A DNA stretch of 64,000 nucleotides, taken from Candidatus Spongiisociaceae bacterium. Its GTDB lineage: Bacteria > Actinomycetota > Acidimicrobiia > Spongiisociales > Spongiisociaceae. Shown in pieces: positions 26,113 through 36,200 of this stretch (position 1 is its first letter; each line of letters starts with the position of its first letter). The stretch spans positions 2,528,001-2,592,000 of the forward strand of contig OZ241841.1 in assembly GCA_965202665.1 (NCBI GenBank). Direction: 5' to 3'. The notes beneath the pieces are model-generated. The model searched no databases. It saw only the letters and a program-made list of their open reading frames with translations, and was not told the DNA's origin. A program made the translations under genes and the position numbers.

Positions 26113-27481
26113 GGGGCTGCCGGCCGGGGGCGGCCCGCTGCACATAGTGGGGGTGGCCGGGGCGGGCATGAGCGCCCTGGCCCGTTTGCTGGCCGCCCGG
26201 GGGAGCCGGGTGTCCGGGTCCGACCTGCGTTTGCCGGCCGCCACGGCGGAGTCCCTGGCCGGGGAAGGGATTGAAACTTGGCCGGGTTCCCGCCCGGAGC
26301 GGATGGCCGGTTGCCGATTGGTGGCGGTTTCTTCGGCGGTGCCGCCCGACGACCCGGAACGGCGGGCGGCGGAACGGGCCGGGATTCCGGTGTGGGAGCG
26401 GCCCCGTTTGCTGGCCGCGGTAACCCGGTCCATCCCCACCGTCGGGTTCGGGGGGACCCACGGCAAAACCACTTGCACCGCTTTGGCGGTGACCGCCTTG
26501 CGGGCCGCGGGAGGGGATCCTTCCTTCGTGATGGGAGGGGAGGCGGTGGATTTGGGAAGCAACGCCCGCCGGGGGGCCGACGAACTGCTGATTTTGGAGG
26601 CTGACGAGGCTTACCAAACGATGACCCGGCTCCGCCTGCGGGGGCTGCTGGTCGCCAACGTCGATAGCGATCATCTGGAGCATTACGGATCGCTGGCCGC
26701 TTTGGAGGAGGCCTTCGCCGACACTGCGGCGGCGGTGGACGGCCCGGTGGTGATCGGAGCGGACGATGCGGGCGGACGGCGGCTGGCGCGGCGCACCGGC
26801 CGTTCCACGGTCGGTTTCGCCCCGGATGCGGAATGGCGGATTTCGGAGGCGGAGGCCGCGGAGGGGGGAGTTTCTTTCCGGTTGTCCGGACCGGGGGCGG
26901 AGGTTCCGGTGCGGGTGGGCCGGCCCGGCCTGCACACCGTCCGCAATGCGGCCGGGGTGCTGTCCCTGCTGGTCCTGCTGGGGTGGGACGCGGAGCGGGC
27001 CGCCTCCGGCTGGCGGCGGTTCGCCGGGGTGAAGCGCCGGTTGGAGGCGCGGGGGGAGGCGGCCGGGGTGAGGATCATCGACACCTACGCCCACCATCCC
27101 ACCGAGGTGGCCGCCGACCTGCAGGCCCTGCGGGGCGCGGGGCGCCGCCGGTTGTGGGTGGTGTTCCAACCCCACCTCTATTCGCGCACCCGCCGCCTGG
27201 CCGGGGACTTCGGGCAGGCCCTCTCCGAGGCGGACCGGGTGGTGGTGACCGACGTGTACGGGGCCCGGGAGGACCCGGAGCCGGGCGTGACCGGCAGGCT
27301 GGTGGCGGAGGCGGTGGGCGGCGGGGTGGGGCGGACGCACTACGCTCCCACCCTGGCGGAGGCGGCCCGGTTGGTGGCCGGGCAAGCGGAGGAGGGAGAT
27401 TTGGTGGTGACCATGGGAGCGGGGGACGTAACCGAGTTGCCCGACCTGTTGCTGGCCGCGCTGGAGGCGGGCGATGGATAG
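26093..27481 (+). CDS. murC: UDP-MurNAc-L-Ala ligase
   Basis: GVAGAGMSALA, GTHGKTT, EADE, YAHHPTEV, FQPHLYSRT. Confidence 0.95.
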   Translation: MMPPADEGLPAGGGPLHIVGVAGAGMSALARLLAARGSRVSGSDLRLPAATAESLAGEGIETWPGSRPERMAGCRLVAVSSAVPPDDPERRAAERAGIPVWERPRLLAAVTRSIPTVGFGGTHGKTTCTALAVTALRAAGGDPSFVMGGEAVDLGSNARRGADELLILEADEAYQTMTRLRLRGLLVANVDSDHLEHYGSLAALEEAFADTAAAVDGPVVIGADDAGGRRLARRTGRSTVGFAPDAEWRISEAEAAEGGVSFRLSGPGAEVPVRVGRPGLHTVRNAAGVLSLLVLLGWDAERAASGWRRFAGVKRRLEARGEAAGVRIIDTYAHHPTEVAADLQALRGAGRRRLWVVFQPHLYSRTRRLAGDFGQALSEADRVVVTDVYGAREDPEPGVTGRLVAEAVGGGVGRTHYAPTLAEAARLVAGQAEEGDLVVTMGAGDVTELPDLLLAALEAGDG

Positions 27482-28397
27482 CTGGGCGGAGACGGCCGCC
27501 GCCTTCGGGGTGGAGGAAAACGTGCCTTTGGCCCCTATCACCACCTACAAGATGGGCGGGCCCGCCCGCTGGTACTGGGAGCCGCCGGATGGGGAAACAC
27601 TGGCCCGGGCGGCCGGGGCGGCCGCCCGGTGCGGAGTGGAGACCGCGGTGCTGGGACGGGGCAGCAACGCGGTGGTGTCCGACGCCGGGTTCGACGGTTT
27701 GGTGATCAGGCTGGCGGCCGGATTCCGCGACATCGAAGCTTTCCGGGGGCGGGGGCGGATCCGGGCGGGGGCGGCCGTCGCCCTCCCGCAACTGGCCCGT
27801 CATTCGGCGGAACGGGGCCTGGGGGGGTTGGAGTTTTACGTGGGCATTCCGGGCACGGTGGGCGGGGCGGTGGCGATGAACGCCGGTTTCTTCGGGACCG
27901 AAACGGCGGAGGTTCTGATCTCGGCCGTGGTGCTGGACATCGCCCGGGGGGAGGCGGTCGAGCGGGAGGCGGCCGACCTGGGGCTTGGATACCGGACCAG
28001 CTCCCTGGCCGCCGGGGAGGTGGTGTTGGAGGCGGCCTTCCGAGTGGGGGCGGGGGACCCGGTGGTTTCCTCGGCCCGCATGCGGGAGGCAACCCGTTGG
28101 CGTAAAAAACGGCAACCGGGCGGAACCCTCAACGCCGGAAGCGTGTTTCGCAACCCGCCCGGCGACTACGCGGGCCGCATCATCGACCAGTTGGGTTTGA
28201 AAGGCCTGCGCCGGGGCGGGGTGCGGGTGTCCGAACGGCACGCCAACTTTTTCGTGGCCGACAAAGGGGCCTCCGCCCAAGACGTCTACGACTTGGCGCA
28301 GACGGTGCGCCGGCGGGTGCGGGAGGAGACGGGGGTGGAGTTGGAACCGGAGATTCGTTTTGTGGGACGGTTCGCGGATACGGGGGAGGGGGTATGA
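27474..28397 (+). CDS. murB: UDP-N-acetylenolpyruvoylglucosamine reductase
   Basis: GRGSN, GIPGTVGGA..MNAG, YRTS, GSVFRNP, HANF, LEPE. Confidence 0.95.
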   Translation: MDSWAETAAAFGVEENVPLAPITTYKMGGPARWYWEPPDGETLARAAGAAARCGVETAVLGRGSNAVVSDAGFDGLVIRLAAGFRDIEAFRGRGRIRAGAAVALPQLARHSAERGLGGLEFYVGIPGTVGGAVAMNAGFFGTETAEVLISAVVLDIARGEAVEREAADLGLGYRTSSLAAGEVVLEAAFRVGAGDPVVSSARMREATRWRKKRQPGGTLNAGSVFRNPPGDYAGRIIDQLGLKGLRRGGVRVSERHANFFVADKGASAQDVYDLAQTVRRRVREETGVELEPEIRFVGRFADTGEGV

Positions 28398-29212
28398 CCA
28401 TTGACCCGCGCCTGTTGCGGAGGCGCCGCAAAGTGGCCGCCGACAACGCCCGCCGGGGGATACGAAGGGCCTTGTGGACGGGGGCGGTTCTGGCCCTGGC
28501 GGGGGGTGCGGTCGCCCTGCTCAACTCTTCCTATTTGAGCGTTCAGTCGGTGGTGGTGACGGGGGTGGTCAACGCCGAGGTGGAGGGGGTGCTGTCCCGG
28601 CACCGGGTGGAGACGGGCCGCCCAATGGCGGTTATAAGGCCCGGCCAGATTCGGGATTCGCTGTTGGAGGATCCGTGGGTTAAAACGGCTTCGGTCAGTT
28701 TGCAACTTCCCAATACGGTGGCGGTGGATGTGGAAGAACGCCGGGGAGTGGCCTGGGTAATACTGGGATCCGGAGGTTGGGCTTTGGCCGCTCTGGACGG
28801 GGTGGTGGTGGGTTACGCCGACGCCGTTCCGGAAGCCAGTCCGGTGATTCGCATTCCAACCGAAGACCCGGGTTTGGGGGAGGAAATCCCCGATGATCAA
28901 GTGGCCGGGTCCCTGCTGTATTTGGATTCCCTTCCCCTGTCGCTGGCTTCCCAAAGCGGCGTCTACACCGCCGGCGACGAGTTGTGGGCCACGGTGGGGG
29001 AACGGCACATTCGTTTGGGTCCGCCTTTTGAAATGGCGGAAAAAGCAGAGGCGGTACTTTCCGTGATCAGCCTGCGCCAGGAGGGCGTCATCATCGACGT
29101 AATCGCCCCCGACCGTCCCGCCATCCGCGACAACCTGTTCGACCTTCTGCAGTTTAACCCTAACCTTGAACCTACACTAGAACCTGAACTCAACCCTGAA
29201 GAAGAGCCCTGA
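28394..29212 (+). CDS. ftsQ: FtsQ/DivIB cell division protein
   Basis: Basic N-terminus, TM helix, POTRA-like region (PWVK..SV...LPNTV.V.V.ER); upstream of ftsZ. Confidence 0.8.
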   Translation: MTIDPRLLRRRRKVAADNARRGIRRALWTGAVLALAGGAVALLNSSYLSVQSVVVTGVVNAEVEGVLSRHRVETGRPMAVIRPGQIRDSLLEDPWVKTASVSLQLPNTVAVDVEERRGVAWVILGSGGWALAALDGVVVGYADAVPEASPVIRIPTEDPGLGEEIPDDQVAGSLLYLDSLPLSLASQSGVYTAGDELWATVGERHIRLGPPFEMAEKAEAVLSVISLRQEGVIIDVIAPDRPAIRDNLFDLLQFNPNLEPTLEPELNPEEEP

Positions 29213-29413
29213 TCGGTTTCAAATTCGACGGCGCAAAATTTTCTACTTGCCAGCCATAAAACTAAGCTTGTATAATAAGGTGAGCGAAACAGGTTGCACG
29301 AAAAAAATAGAAAGAGTAACCTGTCAGTAGACCTTGAGGTCGGATAAGACAAGAACCGGGCGATGCAACCCCCGGAACAAACCAAAGCAGGACCGACTAG
29401 GGAAGGAACGGAA

Positions 29414-30487
29414 ATGGCAATGGATAGGATTCGGGAGCCGAAGAACTATATGGCGGTGATCAAAGTGGTGGGGATCGGCGGGGGCGGGATGAACGCCGTC
29501 AACCGGATGGTCGCCTCCCGGATTCGCGGGGTGGAGTTTGTGGCTATCAACACCGACGCCCAGGCGCTGTTAATGTCCGACGCCGACGTCAAGTTGGACT
29601 TCGGCCGGGAGATCACCCGCGGCTTGGGGGCCGGCGCCGACCCGGAGGTGGGTCGGGCGTCCGCCGAAGCCCATCGCGAAGAATTGGAGGATGTGCTCAC
29701 CGGTTCCGATATGGTGTTCATCACCGCCGGCGAAGGGGGCGGAACCGGAACCGGAGGGGCCCCGGTGGTGGCCGAGACGGCCCGTAACTTAGGCGCCCTG
29801 ACGGTGGCGGTGGTGACCCGCCCCTTCGGGTTCGAAGGCCGCCGCCGCAGCTCCCAAGCCGAGCAGGGCATAGCCGAGTTGCGGGAGGCGGTGGATGCGA
29901 TGATCGTCATCCCCAACGATCGGTTGCTGCACCTAGTGGACAAGTCCACTTCCATGTTGGAAGCCTTCGTGGTAGCCGACGAAGTGCTCAAAAACGGGGT
30001 GGCGGGAATTGCCGAACTGATCACCAAACCGGGCTTGATCAACGTGGACTTCGCCGATGTGAAAACCATCCTGGCCGACTCGGGCAGCGCGGTGATGGGC
30101 ATCGGCCGGGCCTCCGGAGACGACCGGGGCGTCCAGGCGGCGGAACGGGCCATGTCCAGTCCGTTGCTGGAAACCTCCATCGAAGGCGCCCGGGGGGTGC
30201 TGCTGGCCATCGTCGGCCCCCCCAACATGACCTTGCACGAGTTGAACGAGGCCGCCCAGAAAATCCGGGAGCACACCGAGAACGAGGCGCAGATCATTTT
30301 CGGGGCCCACACCGACGAGTCGCTGGGAGAGGAACTCCAGATCACGGTCATCGCCGCCGGTTTGGATCGCGGCCGGGTGGCCGCCCGTTCCTCCCAGAAC
30401 GGCGGGGGGAACGGCCTGGCGTCGGCGTGGGATGTTCCCGAAGTGGAGGACGACCTGTTCGACATTCCCGAGTTTGTTGAGAAATGA
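29414..30487 (+). CDS. ftsZ: Cell division GTPase FtsZ
   Basis: IKVVGIGGGG, GGGTGTG, INVDFADV, C-terminal DIPEF. Confidence 0.98.
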   Translation: MAMDRIREPKNYMAVIKVVGIGGGGMNAVNRMVASRIRGVEFVAINTDAQALLMSDADVKLDFGREITRGLGAGADPEVGRASAEAHREELEDVLTGSDMVFITAGEGGGTGTGGAPVVAETARNLGALTVAVVTRPFGFEGRRRSSQAEQGIAELREAVDAMIVIPNDRLLHLVDKSTSMLEAFVVADEVLKNGVAGIAELITKPGLINVDFADVKTILADSGSAVMGIGRASGDDRGVQAAERAMSSPLLETSIEGARGVLLAIVGPPNMTLHELNEAAQKIREHTENEAQIIFGAHTDESLGEELQITVIAAGLDRGRVAARSSQNGGGNGLASAWDVPEVEDDLFDIPEFVEK

Positions 30488-30533
30488 GGCGGAGTACGGG
30501 CGGAGCGGGGAATGGGCCCCGCCGGGCGGGCGG

Positions 30534-31151
30534 ATGGTGATCCGCCCGCCCGCCATAGAGGGGGCCGCCTTCACCACGGCCGCGGCCGGGGACATGTTGC
30601 GGGGCGATCGGAGGGAAGTGTCGGAGGCGCTGGGCATCTCCCTGGAATGGGCCACCGTCGGCCAGCGGCACGGAGCGGAGGTGCGGGAAGTGGACTCCCC
30701 CGGCCCGGCGGGCGCGGCCGACGCCCTGGTTTCATCCCGTCCCGGTTTGCCGATGGCGGTGTTCACCGCCGACTGCGCGGGGGTGGTTTTGCACACCGAC
30801 CGGGCGGCGGCGGTGGTGCACGCCGGATGGCGGGGGGCGGCGGCGCGGGCGGTGGAAGCCGCCGCCCGCCGCCTGGGACGGACCGGGACGGTGCGCCGGG
30901 CGGCCCTGGGGCCGATGATCGGACCCTGCTGTTTCGAAGTCGGGGAGGACGTGTTGCGGGCGCTGGGGGAGTGGGAGGCGCGAACCGACTGGGGGTCCCC
31001 TTCGGTGGATCTGCCCGCCGCGGTCCGCGCCCAGGTCCCGCAGGCGCAGTGGTGGTCGGCGGGGCAATGCACCCGTTGCGGGGAAGGATGGTTCTCCCAT
31101 CGGGCGGACGCCTCCCCCGCCCGGATGGCCGCCATCGGATGGTTGCCGTGA
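30534..31151 (+). CDS. pgeF: PgeF/YfiH polyphenol-oxidase-family protein
   Basis: QRHG, ADAL, TADC, HAGWRG, GPCCFEV, FSHR. Confidence 0.88.
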   Translation: MVIRPPAIEGAAFTTAAAGDMLRGDRREVSEALGISLEWATVGQRHGAEVREVDSPGPAGAADALVSSRPGLPMAVFTADCAGVVLHTDRAAAVVHAGWRGAAARAVEAAARRLGRTGTVRRAALGPMIGPCCFEVGEDVLRALGEWEARTDWGSPSVDLPAAVRAQVPQAQWWSAGQCTRCGEGWFSHRADASPARMAAIGWLP

Positions 31152-31879
31152 ACCTCGCCGTGAAACAAGACACCGCCCCTCTGCCGGGGGAGACGGCCCG
31201 CCGCTTGGCCGAAGTGCGGACGCGGATGGAGCAGGCCGCGGCCCGCGCCGGACGGGCGGCGGACCAGGTTCGCTTGGCGGCGGTGGGCAAAGGCCATCCG
31301 GCGGAGGCGGTGCGGGACGCCTACCGCGCCGGCCACCGCCTGTTCGCCGAAAGCCGCGGCCAGGAGTTGGCCCGCAAGGCGCAAGAGTCGCCGCCGGATA
31401 TCGAATGGCATTTCATCGGCCCCCTGCAGACCAACAAGGTGCGGCTGGTGCGCCCCCGCATCGCCCTGCTCCATTCCCTGGACCGCCCCCGGTTGCTGAA
31501 GGCGTGGATCGAGCAAGGACCGGACGGGGAGCGGGTTCCGCCGGCCCTTTTGCAAATCAACATCGGCCGGGAGCCCCAGAAGGGAGGGGTGGAACCGGAC
31601 GGGGCGGCGGAGACGTTCGAACGATGGGAGGAGGCGGGGGCGCCGTTGGCCGGTTTGACGGCCATTCCCCCCCTGGGGGCCGAATCGGAATCCTCCCGCC
31701 CTTATTTCGCTAGAATGAAGGAAATAGGGGATTTGTTGTCGGCCAGGCTGGGCCGGCCGCTTATCCTCAGCATGGGAATGACCGATGACTTCGAGACGGC
31801 AATCGAGGAAGGTTCCACGCTAATTCGCGTGGGGAGGGCTATCTTTGGCCCGCGAAGCGGCGATGAGACGGGACCGTAA
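31148..31879 (+). CDS. yggS: YggS family PLP homeostasis protein
   Basis: WHFIGPLQTNK, LSMGMTDDFE.AIEEGST.IRVG..IFG. Confidence 0.93.
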   Translation: MNLAVKQDTAPLPGETARRLAEVRTRMEQAAARAGRAADQVRLAAVGKGHPAEAVRDAYRAGHRLFAESRGQELARKAQESPPDIEWHFIGPLQTNKVRLVRPRIALLHSLDRPRLLKAWIEQGPDGERVPPALLQINIGREPQKGGVEPDGAAETFERWEEAGAPLAGLTAIPPLGAESESSRPYFARMKEIGDLLSARLGRPLILSMGMTDDFETAIEEGSTLIRVGRAIFGPRSGDETGP

Positions 31880-31890
31880 AGAGGCGGTAA

Positions 31891-32466
31891 ATGAGCGCTT
31901 GGAAAAGGATGATGCTGGCCCTCGGGCTGGTGGATGAATACGAGGAGGACGAGCAGGCTCCCCGGCCGCGTCCGCCGGGCAACGGCCCCGCCCCGGGCGG
32001 GCCGCCCCGGCCCCGGCAACGGCCCCCGTCCCGTCCGCCGGGCGCGCCCCGGCCGGGCAGCGGCGCGCCGCCCTCCCCGCCCGGGGGGGTGCGGCCCGTT
32101 CCCCCCGGCGGCCCCCCGTCCGGGGGCCCGCGTCCCGGCCAACGCTCCGGGGTGGTGGTGCGGCCCGGCGTCCGGGAGTCGAGCGCCCGGGCGCAGGTGA
32201 TAGAAGCCCGGGAGATAAACGACGCCAAACGGATCGCCGATCTGGTCCGGGAGAGGATTCCGGTGGTGGTGGATCTGAAAAAGGCCGAACCGGACATGGC
32301 GCGCCGGGTGGTGGATTTCGCCAGCGGTTTGACTTACGCCTTGGACGGCACCGTCACCAAGGTAGCGAAAGGGGTGGTTTTGGTCAGTCCCCCGCGGGTG
32401 GAACTTTCCCCCCGGGAGGTGAGCCGTCTCCACGCCCTGGGCCTGCATGATTCCCCGGCCGGCTGA
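31891..32466 (+). CDS. sepF: Cell division protein SepF
   Basis: Amphipathic N-terminus, Pro/Gly linker, RRVVDFASGL.YAL.G. Confidence 0.9.
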   Translation: MSAWKRMMLALGLVDEYEEDEQAPRPRPPGNGPAPGGPPRPRQRPPSRPPGAPRPGSGAPPSPPGGVRPVPPGGPPSGGPRPGQRSGVVVRPGVRESSARAQVIEAREINDAKRIADLVRERIPVVVDLKKAEPDMARRVVDFASGLTYALDGTVTKVAKGVVLVSPPRVELSPREVSRLHALGLHDSPAG

Positions 32467-32484
32467 CGGGCCCGCCTGACTCCG

Positions 32485-32742
32485 ATGTTCCTGGGCCTCA
32501 TCTGCGCCGCCCTGCAGCTGTACGGGCTGGCCGTTTTGGCCCGAATCATATTGTCCTGGATCCGGGTTCCCTCCGATCACGCCGTGGGCCGGATCGGTTC
32601 TTTGCTGGCCGTCATCGTGGACCCCCCGTTGCGCGCCATCCGTTCGGTGATGCCCGACATTCCCATCGGCCCCGCCCGGTTGGACCTGTCCCCCATGGTG
32701 TTGCTGTTGGCGGTGTTCATCGTGCGGCGGGTGATCTGTTGA
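32485..32742 (+). CDS. yggT: YggT/SepG membrane protein
   Basis: ILSW...DPPL..IR..P.....LDLSP. Confidence 0.88.
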   Translation: MFLGLICAALQLYGLAVLARIILSWIRVPSDHAVGRIGSLLAVIVDPPLRAIRSVMPDIPIGPARLDLSPMVLLLAVFIVRRVIC

Positions 32743-32778
32743 CCTTGCCGGCGGGCGTTTCCGTGTAAGGTTTGGGTT

Positions 32779-33237
32779 ATGAACCTGAGACCCGAAGACG
32801 TTGAGCAAGTCAAATTCCGGGTGGCCCTGCGCGGCTATGCCGAGGACGAGGTGGACATTTTCCTGGATCAGGTGGCGGACACCATCCGCGACCTGAACAG
32901 GAAGCTGGCGGCCGCCGAGAGGGAGACGCAGGAGTTGCGGGAGCGGGAAGCCCTCCGCATCCAGCGGGAGCTGATGGAGGCGCCTCCCCCTCCGGTCACC
33001 CCGCCCCTGTTGCCGGAGGAGCAACCGTCGTTGCCGGTGATGCCGGCCCCCGCCCCGGACCCTCCCGTCGCCGAAGGGGGAGGGGGGGAAGGAAATGCGG
33101 AGCGCGTGGAGGATTACGACCTGCCCACCCAGGTGATAGAACCGGAGCAAAGAGAAGGGGAACAGCCTCCGCCGCCCCCGCCCGACCCGGAGGATTCCCC
33201 CGCCGACCGCCCGCAGTGGGGCGGGTACTCCTACTGA
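32779..33237 (+). CDS. divIVA: DivIVA-domain protein (short, Pro/Glu-rich tail)
   Basis: LRPEDV...F...LRGY.EDEVD.FLDQV. Confidence 0.8.
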   Translation: MNLRPEDVEQVKFRVALRGYAEDEVDIFLDQVADTIRDLNRKLAAAERETQELREREALRIQRELMEAPPPPVTPPLLPEEQPSLPVMPAPAPDPPVAEGGGGEGNAERVEDYDLPTQVIEPEQREGEQPPPPPPDPEDSPADRPQWGGYSY

Positions 33238-33245
33238 CTTAGGCT

Positions 33246-36200
33246 TTAGCCGCCGGCGGGGTCGGGCCGGTGCCTGTCGACCGACAGCACAATCAGGGAC
33301 TGGCCCACTCGGCATTCCCGGATTCCCGGACCGGAGGCGGGCGCCGTCGCCAGTTGCGGGTCGGCGGCCAGGCGGGCGGCCAGCGCCTCCCCTGATATGA
33401 AACCGGCGTGGGCGGCGACGGCCTCCGCCAGTTGCGGGTCGGAGGTGTGGTAGCCCACCCGGATCCGATCCGACACGTCCAGGTCCAGCTCCCGCCGTAC
33501 CCCCTGGATGCGGGACACCACCTCCCGGGCCAGCCCTTCGGCGACCAACTCGGCGGTGGGCTCAATGTCCATGGCCACCGAAACGGCCCCCTCGGAGGCC
33601 GTCGCCATCCCCGGCCGGGGGGTGCGGGTCACTACCACATCCCCGGCGCCCAGCCGGTGGCCGCCCACCGTCATCTCCCCGGATTCCAGAAACCGGGCCA
33701 ACTCTTCACCCGAGGCCCCGGCCAGCGACCGGGCCAGGTTTTTGACCTCCGCCCCCAAGCGCGGGCCCAAGGTTTTAAAGTTCGGCTTGGCGCTCAACTC
33801 CACCAGGGACAGTTCATCGGAGGAGACCCCGATGCGCTTTACGTTCAGCTCTTCGGCGATCACCGCCCCATGGCGCTCCGCCGCCGCCGCCGTCTGCGGG
33901 TCGCTGGTCAGCACGGTCAGCGAAGCCGCCGGCCGGCGCACCCCCACCGAATGCTGGAGGCGCAACGACCGTCCCAGCCGCACCACCTGCCGGGCGATGG
34001 CCATGGAGCTCTCCAAGTCTTCGTCGATCAGGTTGCGGTCCTCCTGCGGGAAATCGGCGTGATGGACGGTGGTTTCCTCCGGCGCCAGGCCCAGATGGAT
34101 TTCATCGGTTATGAAAGGCAGCACCGGGGCCAGCAGGCGGCTGAAGGCGGTCAGGGCCTCGTAGAGGGTGGCGAAGGCGGACAGCTTGTCCCGTTCCGAC
34201 TCCGGGCCGCCCTCCCCCCGGCTGCGCCAGAAACGCCGCCGCGAACGGCGCACGTACCAATTGGTCAGGTCGTCCACGAAACCCAGGGCCGGCCCCACCA
34301 CCGAATACAGGTAGCAACCTTCCATCAGGGCGTTGGTTTGCGAGATCAGGCTCTGCAGCACGCTGATGATCCAGCGGTCGATTTCCGGCCGCTCCCCGGG
34401 GGCGGGGGCCCGTCGCAGGTCGGCGAAGGTGATTCCGTCGGCGGCGGCGTAGGTGGTGAAAAAAGAGTAGGTGTTCCAGAAGGGGAGTATCACGGTGCGC
34501 ACCACGTCCCGCACCCCCTCTTCGGAGAAGCGCACCGGTTCGGCCCGCAACACCGGGGAGTTGATCAGGTAGGCCCGCACCGCATCCCCCCCGTATTTGT
34601 CCAGCACCTCCAACGGCTCGGGGTAGTTTTTGAGGCGCTTGGACATTTTCCGCCCGTCGCCGGCCAGGATCAGCCCGTTGACCACGCAGTTGCGGAAAGC
34701 GACCTCGTCGAACAGGGCGCAACTGAGGACGTGCAGGGTGTAAAACCAGCCCCGGGTCTGATCCAGCCCTTCGGCGATGAAATCGGCCGGGAAGCCGCGT
34801 TGGAAGCGGTCCCGGTTTTCAAACGGGTAATGCAGGTGGGCGTAGGGCATGGAACCGGATTCGAACCAGCAGTCCAACACTTCCGGCACCCGCCGCATCT
34901 CGCCGGGACAGTCCGGGCAGGGGAAGACGACCAGGTCGGCCACGTGCTTGTGCATGTCCTCCAGCCACACCCCGGATCGTTTCCTCAGTTCCTCCCGGCC
35001 GCCGAAGCATTCCCGGCGTCCGCACCCGCCGCATTCCCACACCGGAATGCAACTGCCCCAGTAGCGGTTGCGGGACACCGCCCAGTCCCGGGCGTCCTCC
35101 AGCCAGTTGCCGAACCGGTGCGACCCGACCCGCTCCGGCACCCAGTGGATGGAGCGGTTCAGTTCCGCCATCCGTTCCCGGATTCGCTCCACCCGCACGA
35201 ACCAGGTGGGGATGGCTTTGTAGATGAGGGGGGTGTCGGTGCGGTAGCAGTACGGGTAGGAGTGGGTGATGCGCTCCTGTTTCAGCAACGCCCCGGAGTC
35301 TTCCAGCATTTGGATGATGCGCTGTTCGGCGTCGTGCACGTGGGTTCCGGCCAACTCCGGGACCCGGTCGGTGAACCGCGCTTCCATATCCACCGGGTCC
35401 ACCAGGGCTTCGATCCCGGCCGCGGCCAGGGCGTAGAAGTCCTCCTCGCCGTAGGCGGGGGCCATGTGCACCAAGCCGGTGCCTTCCCCGGTGGACACCT
35501 CTTCGCCCGGGATGACCCGGAAGGCCCCTTTGGCCCGCTCCCGCTCAAAGTAGGGAAAGGCGGGCCGGTAGGCGGCGCCCAGCAGTTGGGCGCCGCGGGC
35601 GGAGTCGGCGGGGGGAGGGGGGTCGTCCCACACCGCGCCCAGCAGGTCGGCGGCCGCCCAATAACGCTCCCCGTCTATTTCCACCGCCGCGTATTCGGCG
35701 TCCGCCGCCACCGCCACCGCCAGGTTGCTGAGCAACGTCCACGGGGTGGTGGTCCATATGGTCAGGTAATCTCCGGCCCGCACCGGCCCCGCCCCTTCCG
35801 CGACTTGCAGGCGAACCGTCACCGCCGGGTCTTCCGCTTCCCGGTATCCGCCCAGGCTGACCTCGAAGTTGGAGAGGGTGGTGCCCGCCGCCCACGAGTA
35901 GGGGAGCACTTTGAAGTCGCGGTACACCAGGTCTTTGTCCCACAAGGCCCGAAACACCCACCATACGCTTTCCATGAACTCGGGGTCCATGGTCTTGTAG
36001 TCGTTCTCAAAATCCACCCACCGTCCGATGCGACGGGTGATTTCCTCCCATTCTTCGGTGGTTACCTCCACCATTTCCCGGCAGGCGGCGTTGAAGCGGT
36101 CCACTCCGAACTCTTCGATTTGGCGGGGGCCGGAGACGCCCAGCCGGTTTTCCACCTCCATTTCTATGGGCAATCCGTGGGTGTCCCATCCGAAACGGCG

